A DNA stretch of 64,000 nucleotides from a virus (lineage: Duplodnaviria > Caudoviricetes): IMG/VR virus record IMGVR_UViG_3300032038_000001, positions 64,001 to 128,000 of that record. One strand, given 5' to 3'. Of the stretch, positions 58,750-64,000 are shown in pieces. Position numbers and translations under genes: made by a program. The notes beneath the pieces are model-generated. The model was not told where the DNA came from, ran no database searches, and saw only the letters and a list, made by a program, of their open reading frames with translations. Each line of letters starts with the position of its first letter. The stretch's first letter is position 1.

Positions 58750-59151
58750 TTATTTTTTTGTTTGACTAGGTTTATTATCATCCTTCTCGATTTGTTGGAT
58801 TTCACCAAGTACCTTATTTATAAGTTCATCAATTTTTTCAATAATTAGTTCTTGATTTATATATTTAGATAATTCTGGGTATTTTTCATATATTTTTGAA
58901 ATAACCTCAGCACGTTTTACTACACCTGCATGAATTATATGCTTTTTTATATACTTAATTTCAGCTTCATATACATATTCAGCTATAACGCCAGAAATTT
59001 TATGAATCGTATTTTGAATTTTTTTAATATCATTGTATTTAATCAAATTTCTGATAATATCAAATATAAAATAAACTAATATTACTATACCTATACACAA
59101 AATCCAATTATCAGCTATCATTTTAAAGAACTCTTTAACATTTTGAATCAT
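58750..59151 (-). CDS. holin-like protein (LL-H type)
   Basis: N-terminal TM, YVYEAE...GVVKRAEV and IDELI. Confidence 0.55.
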   Translation of the reverse strand: MIQNVKEFFKMIADNWILCIGIVILVYFIFDIIRNLIKYNDIKKIQNTIHKISGVIAEYVYEAEIKYIKKHIIHAGVVKRAEVISKIYEKYPELSKYINQELIIEKIDELINKVLGEIQQIEKDDNKPSQTKK

Positions 59152-59672
59152 TATTGTTCCTCCTCAATAATATCTTCACATTCAGTGTAGTTATTATGTA
59201 AGTCAGATTTATCGTTTTGATTATCAATACGATAATATTCTAATTCAGTGTTCTTCTCAGATTTGTTTTCAAAATATGATTTAACGCAATAGAAAAGAAA
59301 TGACATCGTTTCAGCAACCACTGCCGAAATCAGTGAACTTAAGATAGATAAATCTTGAAAATGATACATTACATACATTGAATATATCTCTATAACAGAG
59401 CAATTAATAATTATAAAAATCATCAACTTCTTTGTCATAGTTATAATACCTTTACCATTTTTCTTTTCGGGACCATACTCATTGTATAAATTTACCAATG
59501 TTTCTTTCTCTTTATTTTTAATAGCTTTTAGTATTGTTTTTTTACATTTTTTATTAAATTTATCAAGTCGTTTATTTTCTTTATCAATATCTTCTTTGTC
59601 CCATTTTATCCCTAGATTTTCTGCTTCTTTAAATACTGTTGATACTACATTTTCTTCATCCTTTTTATCCAT
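59151..59672 (-). CDS. two-TM membrane protein, lysis-cassette-like
   Basis: TKKLMIFII...KSYFENK; translationally coupled to the holin-like gene. Confidence 0.55.
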   Translation of the reverse strand: MDKKDEENVVSTVFKEAENLGIKWDKEDIDKENKRLDKFNKKCKKTILKAIKNKEKETLVNLYNEYGPEKKNGKGIITMTKKLMIFIIINCSVIEIYSMYVMYHFQDLSILSSLISAVVAETMSFLFYCVKSYFENKSEKNTELEYYRIDNQNDKSDLHNNYTECEDIIEEEQ

Positions 59673-59686
59673 CTCTCACACCCTCT

Positions 59687-60175
59687 TTATTTTTTCTTTA
59701 ATTCTCTAATCTCTTTATGAACAGACATTATGTTCTTAAGAAATACAGCTGCGCCAATATCGGTTAAAATATCGAGGACTGATGTACCGCCGGTCATTGC
59801 TGTAACCTTAAGATCAACAGTTGTCATTTGGTCAAACAATATCTTTTCTTCTTTTTTAAAACGTTTATAATCCATCTTATTTTTAGGCATTTCTGTAAAT
59901 AATTGATCTATTGATGAATTGAGTCCTTTTATCTGTGCTTTGAGCTTTTTAGCTTCATTATTACTAGCATCTGATAAAGCACTTTTAGCAACGATTAATG
60001 TTAGTAATCCGATAATATTAATTGATAATTTTTTGTAAAGTTTCTTTTTCTTTTTACTTAATTCAAGGTCTTTTTTCTGCTCATCAGTAAGTTTATCTTT
60101 TTCAGATTTATCTTTATCAGCATTCTCAATTTCTGATTCGAGAACAAGCTCCTCAAATATCATATCAATATCCAT
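59687..60175 (-). CDS. hypothetical virion-type protein
   Basis: Acidic N-terminus with VLES, plus hydrophobic helices. Confidence 0.6.
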   Translation of the reverse strand: MDIDMIFEELVLESEIENADKDKSEKDKLTDEQKKDLELSKKKKKLYKKLSINIIGLLTLIVAKSALSDASNNEAKKLKAQIKGLNSSIDQLFTEMPKNKMDYKRFKKEEKILFDQMTTVDLKVTAMTGGTSVLDILTDIGAAVFLKNIMSVHKEIRELKKK

Positions 60176-60257
60176 AGTATTTTCACACTCCTTTTAAATT
60201 GTTTTTTATCTTATTGTCAAAAAAAGAGTGAAGTATATCTTCACTCTTTTTTTATAT

Positions 60258-60986
60258 TTATATTTCTTCTTTAAGTTCTTTAGGTAACATAAGACCTTTA
60301 GTTACTAAGTCTGTATTAAGACCCATACCAAGAAAATATACTGATGTAGTATTTAATGTAGTCTTATTAAGTACATCCTCATCCAAATCATTAAGCGATA
60401 CATATCCATTTAAAGATATATCTCTAAGCATCTGTTCTTTCATATAAATATCATCAGCTCTGGGGCCATTAAGTTCTTTTAATGTATTAGTAAGACCAAG
60501 AGAAATAAGCATTATGTTCTCAAGGTCAGACTCTCTACCATTTTTATCACCACCAGTTACCTGACCAGTGATAGCAGAACGTTGATCAATATTAGTTGAA
60601 ATACCATTCTTTTTACTAACAGTTTGTTGCGTTCTTTTTATGTTGATATAACCTACAGGAACTGGTTCTTTTGTACCTATTACCTTACTCTTATCCATTG
60701 TCAAATGAGGCATAAATACATCTTCAAATAATGGAACATTGATAACTTTAGCTGCTCGTTCAATGTCTTCCATATTTATACTATGTTCATAATCAACAAT
60801 ATCAAGAATTAAGTATGCGTTTTCATTAGCAAATAATGCTTTAAAATAATTATCAAATTGAGCATCAGACATTGGTGAGAACAAATCTTTGTATTTTTTT
60901 GTATTAGTCCCTGATTTATCAAATGCATCAAAAAAATCATAAATTAATTTTTCCATTTTCTTTCTTTTATTGCTGGATATTGCCAT
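60258..60986 (-). CDS. rpoB: RNA polymerase beta extreme C-terminal subunit (probably virion RNAP)
   Basis: PVPVGYINIKR.QQ...K...RS.ITGQV.G...GR....E...L...G....LKEL...RADD parallels beta GYMY.LKL.H...TQQP..G...GQRFGEME...LQE..T.KSDD. Confidence 0.8.
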   Translation of the reverse strand: MAISSNKRKKMEKLIYDFFDAFDKSGTNTKKYKDLFSPMSDAQFDNYFKALFANENAYLILDIVDYEHSINMEDIERAAKVINVPLFEDVFMPHLTMDKSKVIGTKEPVPVGYINIKRTQQTVSKKNGISTNIDQRSAITGQVTGGDKNGRESDLENIMLISLGLTNTLKELNGPRADDIYMKEQMLRDISLNGYVSLNDLDEDVLNKTTLNTTSVYFLGMGLNTDLVTKGLMLPKELKEEI

Positions 60987-62238
60987 TTATATCACCTGCT
61001 TTCAAAGAATAGCCTTCATTACACATTTTTATTTTCAAGCTATCTCTATATACTTGACCATCTATATCTTTTACAGATAATAATGATATGCCGTATATAT
61101 TATTATTATCATTATAAATTCTAAATAATAAGAAAACTTTTTCATTTATTTTTGCAATAAAACGTCTTATATGACCATTGTGACTTCTCACAGTTAATGT
61201 CTGAGGTTTAATTCTGCCCATAAGGTATGTATACATATCCTCATTAAGCTCGAAATCAATTCTGTTTTCCTCACCGAAGAACATAACTATTTCATCAGGA
61301 GTGAGTTCTTCTATTTTATATACTAATTTGGAATAATCATTTAATAACTCAGTTCCATCAAGAGTTCCAGATTCACCAAAAATTTGGTAGTTATTAGTTG
61401 AAATTGATATAGTATCAGTAAAATCTCCCTCGAAATATTTTAAAGGTAGATTATAAGATTCATTAACATCAATTTCTTTTTGTATACCATTTATAATATC
61501 AAGAGTGTCAATATTAGACTTTTCCATTTCAAAAATTATATTTTTAACTTTAGAAGACATAAATAAGTCATGGCGTAATCTTATATAATAAAGATATACT
61601 TTTGAATATTTGACAGGATCTATCTGAATAGATCGTAATGTTAATGTTATTAAACCAGCTATTTCATTTTCATAAGTTTTTTCCTTATTTTTTTTATCAA
61701 TATAAGCTAAAAGTTGTGTCTTTATAACATCTTGATATGGTCTACAGCTTATCATGTTAAATGGGTTAAAATCATTTATTCCAGTAGTTAATGTATTATA
61801 TATTGAATACTCCTCAAATTTCCAGGGAATAATATTAAATACTAATATTGTGATAATTTTATCATGACTATATAGAAAATCCCTCTTCTCATATTCTTCA
61901 GAAATCAAATCAACTATATGATTTATTGTCATAAATATATCTCTCATATCTTGACCAGAAAATGCAGGTGATATAATTAATCCACGAATCATATTATTAA
62001 GAAGTTTATTATTAGGAAGATCTTTCGATAGAATCCTTTCAATTTCATTTTTCACTACTTGAATATATCCATCAGTAACTATTTCTTCATTATATTCAGA
62101 TGCTAAAACCCTGCAATATGTCTTAAGAGATAAATCAAAACTATCAAAATGCTCAAAAAAAGTTTTTCTGAGACCGGGTTCGCAATAACGAAGGGCATCT
62201 TTTAAGATACTCATTTTATCCTGTGTATCGTATATCAT
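60967..62238 (-). CDS. hypothetical protein
   Basis: 423-aa ORF in the late operon. Confidence 0.75.
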   Translation of the reverse strand: MIYDTQDKMSILKDALRYCEPGLRKTFFEHFDSFDLSLKTYCRVLASEYNEEIVTDGYIQVVKNEIERILSKDLPNNKLLNNMIRGLIISPAFSGQDMRDIFMTINHIVDLISEEYEKRDFLYSHDKIITILVFNIIPWKFEEYSIYNTLTTGINDFNPFNMISCRPYQDVIKTQLLAYIDKKNKEKTYENEIAGLITLTLRSIQIDPVKYSKVYLYYIRLRHDLFMSSKVKNIIFEMEKSNIDTLDIINGIQKEIDVNESYNLPLKYFEGDFTDTISISTNNYQIFGESGTLDGTELLNDYSKLVYKIEELTPDEIVMFFGEENRIDFELNEDMYTYLMGRIKPQTLTVRSHNGHIRRFIAKINEKVFLLFRIYNDNNNIYGISLLSVKDIDGQVYRDSLKIKMCNEGYSLKAGDINGNIQQ

Positions 62239-62255
62239 ATTTTTTTTTCACCTTC

Positions 62256-63038
62256 TTAAAGCATTATAATGTTACCATCAATATTTTCATAATAATTAGT
62301 TTTCATCTGTTCAAGAAATGCTATCATTTTTTCATTTCTTTTGTCAACTATTTTTATATAATTGAATGAATTCATGTTTGATTTCATAACTTCATCTTTA
62401 AGTGCTTCTTTAACTTTATCAACTTCTTGAATCTTTTTCATTGTATTTGGATTACTTCCACCATCTTTTATTTCAACCTCAAGGTTTAATGATGTAATAA
62501 AGAAGTCTGGTATATAGAAATGCTTCTCACCATTATACATATAATAATAAGTATGTGGTGATGGAGATATAACATCAGTTGGATCAAATGCTAAAGTTTT
62601 ATCAAGAAACTCTAAAAAGCTTCTTTCATATGAACCAACATAAACTGATTTATGTACATGATCTCTCCATACATATTCACCACTTATTTTTCTTTTAGCA
62701 AGCATGATCCTCTGCTGTTCAGGGTCATTGAGTAGATTGGTTTTACCATATTTACCTATCATTCTATTCTTGAAAGTTTCAACATATTTTTCTTTACACT
62801 TTGGATTATTACAAAACCTATTGTATTTATGTGTTTTATCATTCCAAGTAGTAGGTTTCTTACAGATTACACAATTTCCATGTGTTTTACCAGTTCTTAA
62901 AAAATATGCAAATTGCCACCCATCCATATCTTCTGGAATCATTTCGGAATGGTCTTTTTCAAGATGAGCAACTAAATCACTTACATCATAATAATACATA
63001 TTACAGAACTTACAATATACACGTCTTTTAGTAGCCAA
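62256..63038 (-). CDS. Zn-finger plus TnsA-like PD-(D/E)xK nuclease (head-completion-nuclease-like)
   Basis: CKFC..H...H, CVIC..C...C, SYER.FL and YIPDF....L.VEIK. Late motif 63070-63081. Confidence 0.75.
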   Translation of the reverse strand: MATKRRVYCKFCNMYYYDVSDLVAHLEKDHSEMIPEDMDGWQFAYFLRTGKTHGNCVICKKPTTWNDKTHKYNRFCNNPKCKEKYVETFKNRMIGKYGKTNLLNDPEQQRIMLAKRKISGEYVWRDHVHKSVYVGSYERSFLEFLDKTLAFDPTDVISPSPHTYYYMYNGEKHFYIPDFFITSLNLEVEIKDGGSNPNTMKKIQEVDKVKEALKDEVMKSNMNSFNYIKIVDKRNEKMIAFLEQMKTNYYENIDGNIIML

Positions 63039-63147
63039 AAGAATTCACCAACTTTCATAAATTACTCGTTAATCTAATGTTTTTATAAGGTATTTTTACA
63101 CATGAACTTTATTATAATATATTTTTTTAATGAGGTGATTATAAATT

Positions 63148-63750
63148 ATGAACACATTTATTTTACAAGAAGCTGTTGTAAGAAGATTCTCAGATGGAGA
63201 AATTACATATGAACAGGCGACTTTCCTTCTTGATGCAATCACTAATAGGTATGATTATATTACAGAAGGAGCAAACATTGATTATATTAAGCAGTTTAGA
63301 AAAACTTTAAAAGAATATAAGATGCATGTAAAAATATTAAAGAAAATAGCTAATAAAGGTGAGTTAAAAGATAAACCTGAATTTGAAAAAGAGAAAAAGG
63401 CAGCTATAAAAGCTCTTGAAGAAGGCTTAAGTATTATAAAGTCTACACCATCGGATTTAGTCTCGACTATTCTTTCATACTTTGCTATTGGTTTAATAGA
63501 TACTATACAATGGACGATACCCATATTATTAACGTTTGGTCTTGCAGCCTATGTAGTAGCTATAAAACAGACTGTTGAAATAATTACTGGTATTGTTACA
63601 GCAGTCAAGAAAAAAGATGAAGAGGATATAACTGATAATCTTAACTTATTTAAAACACGATATAAGATGTATATTAATCAATTTAAGAAGTCCATTGATG
63701 CAATTGAGAAAAAGTATTTTGCTAAAATTAACGGTGAAGAAAAGAAATAA
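63148..63750 (+). CDS. hypothetical virion-type protein
   Basis: ILQEA and ITEG motifs plus hydrophobic helices; terminator at 63754-63802. Confidence 0.65.
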   Translation: MNTFILQEAVVRRFSDGEITYEQATFLLDAITNRYDYITEGANIDYIKQFRKTLKEYKMHVKILKKIANKGELKDKPEFEKEKKAAIKALEEGLSIIKSTPSDLVSTILSYFAIGLIDTIQWTIPILLTFGLAAYVVAIKQTVEIITGIVTAVKKKDEEDITDNLNLFKTRYKMYINQFKKSIDAIEKKYFAKINGEEKK

Positions 63751-63888
63751 TATAAAAAAAAGACGAGATGTATTTAATATATACATCTCGTCTTTTTATT
63801 TTACATTAAAATAATTTTATTATATTAAAATTCATCACGGTGACATTGTAATAAGTCACATGATAATCTAACGAAAGGGTGATTAATC

Positions 63889-64000
63889 ATGGCGGTTGAT
63901 CCAACTTATGGAGTCAATAATTTTAATAAAGCAAAAGTCTTAACAGAAGAAGAAACATATGTGCATAACATATTAACAATTTTACTCGGTAAACCAGGAT
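63889..64000 (+). CDS. partial ORF, possible baseplate gp25-like protein
   Basis: MAVDPTYGVNNFNKAKVLTEEETYVHNILTILLGKPG runs off the window; IL.LL.KPG is gp25-like. Confidence 0.45.
   Translation, partial: MAVDPTYGVNNFNKAKVLTEEETYVHNILTILLGKPG

Noticed and set aside
516-63524. Short ORFs nested in or antisense to long genes (e.g. 516-785, 3681-4109, 5291-5626, 13178-13501, 30773-31159, 41093-41437)
   Set aside because: These are shadow frames of well-supported genes, with no RBS or motifs.
1-64000. Stop-codon reassignment
   Set aside because: Core genes are full-length in the standard code, and TAG and TGA both end genes (e.g. 20509, 38612, 20024).
1-64000. Phage nucleus shell protein or PhuZ tubulin
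   Set aside because: No tubulin signature or recognisable chimallin was seen in this window. This says nothing about the rest of the genome.

Overview
This is a 64-kb, very AT-rich segment of a jumbo phage of the phiKZ/AR9(PBS1)-like group. The host is most likely an anaerobic Firmicute, judging from the strong GAAAGGA/AGGAG RBSs and the class III RNR. The window encodes pieces of two multisubunit RNA polymerases. The non-virion enzyme is represented by beta-N (28584-30386), beta-C (4511-7952, split by a group I intron carrying an HNH endonuclease) and a probable sigma-like subunit (15288-17030). The probable virion enzyme is represented by beta' (40147-42996) and beta-C (60258-60986). Other recognisable genes are a GroEL-like chaperonin, SF1 and SF2 helicases, SbcC, RNase H, dCMP deaminase, NrdH/NrdD/NrdG, polyphosphate kinase 1, tRNA-Gln, a 1065-aa SHAEG-repeat fibre, the prohead protease, holin-like genes and four tandem paralogues. 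Two promoter motifs partition the genes: TATATAHTAT-N6-G (early-type) and AACA-N6-TA (late-type). The most notable unexplained feature is a 130-170 nt structured RNA leader found four times, plus one decayed copy, in front of unrelated early genes. Each copy has a 5' hairpin, a covarying H-type pseudoknot with a telomerase-like U-rich/A-rich triplex layout, and a hairpin holding the Shine-Dalgarno in its loop. Three copies also carry an almost invariant 20-nt cap on the 5' hairpin. One copy precedes a PemK/MazF-like ORF. All calls were made by eye from motifs; no database searches were run.
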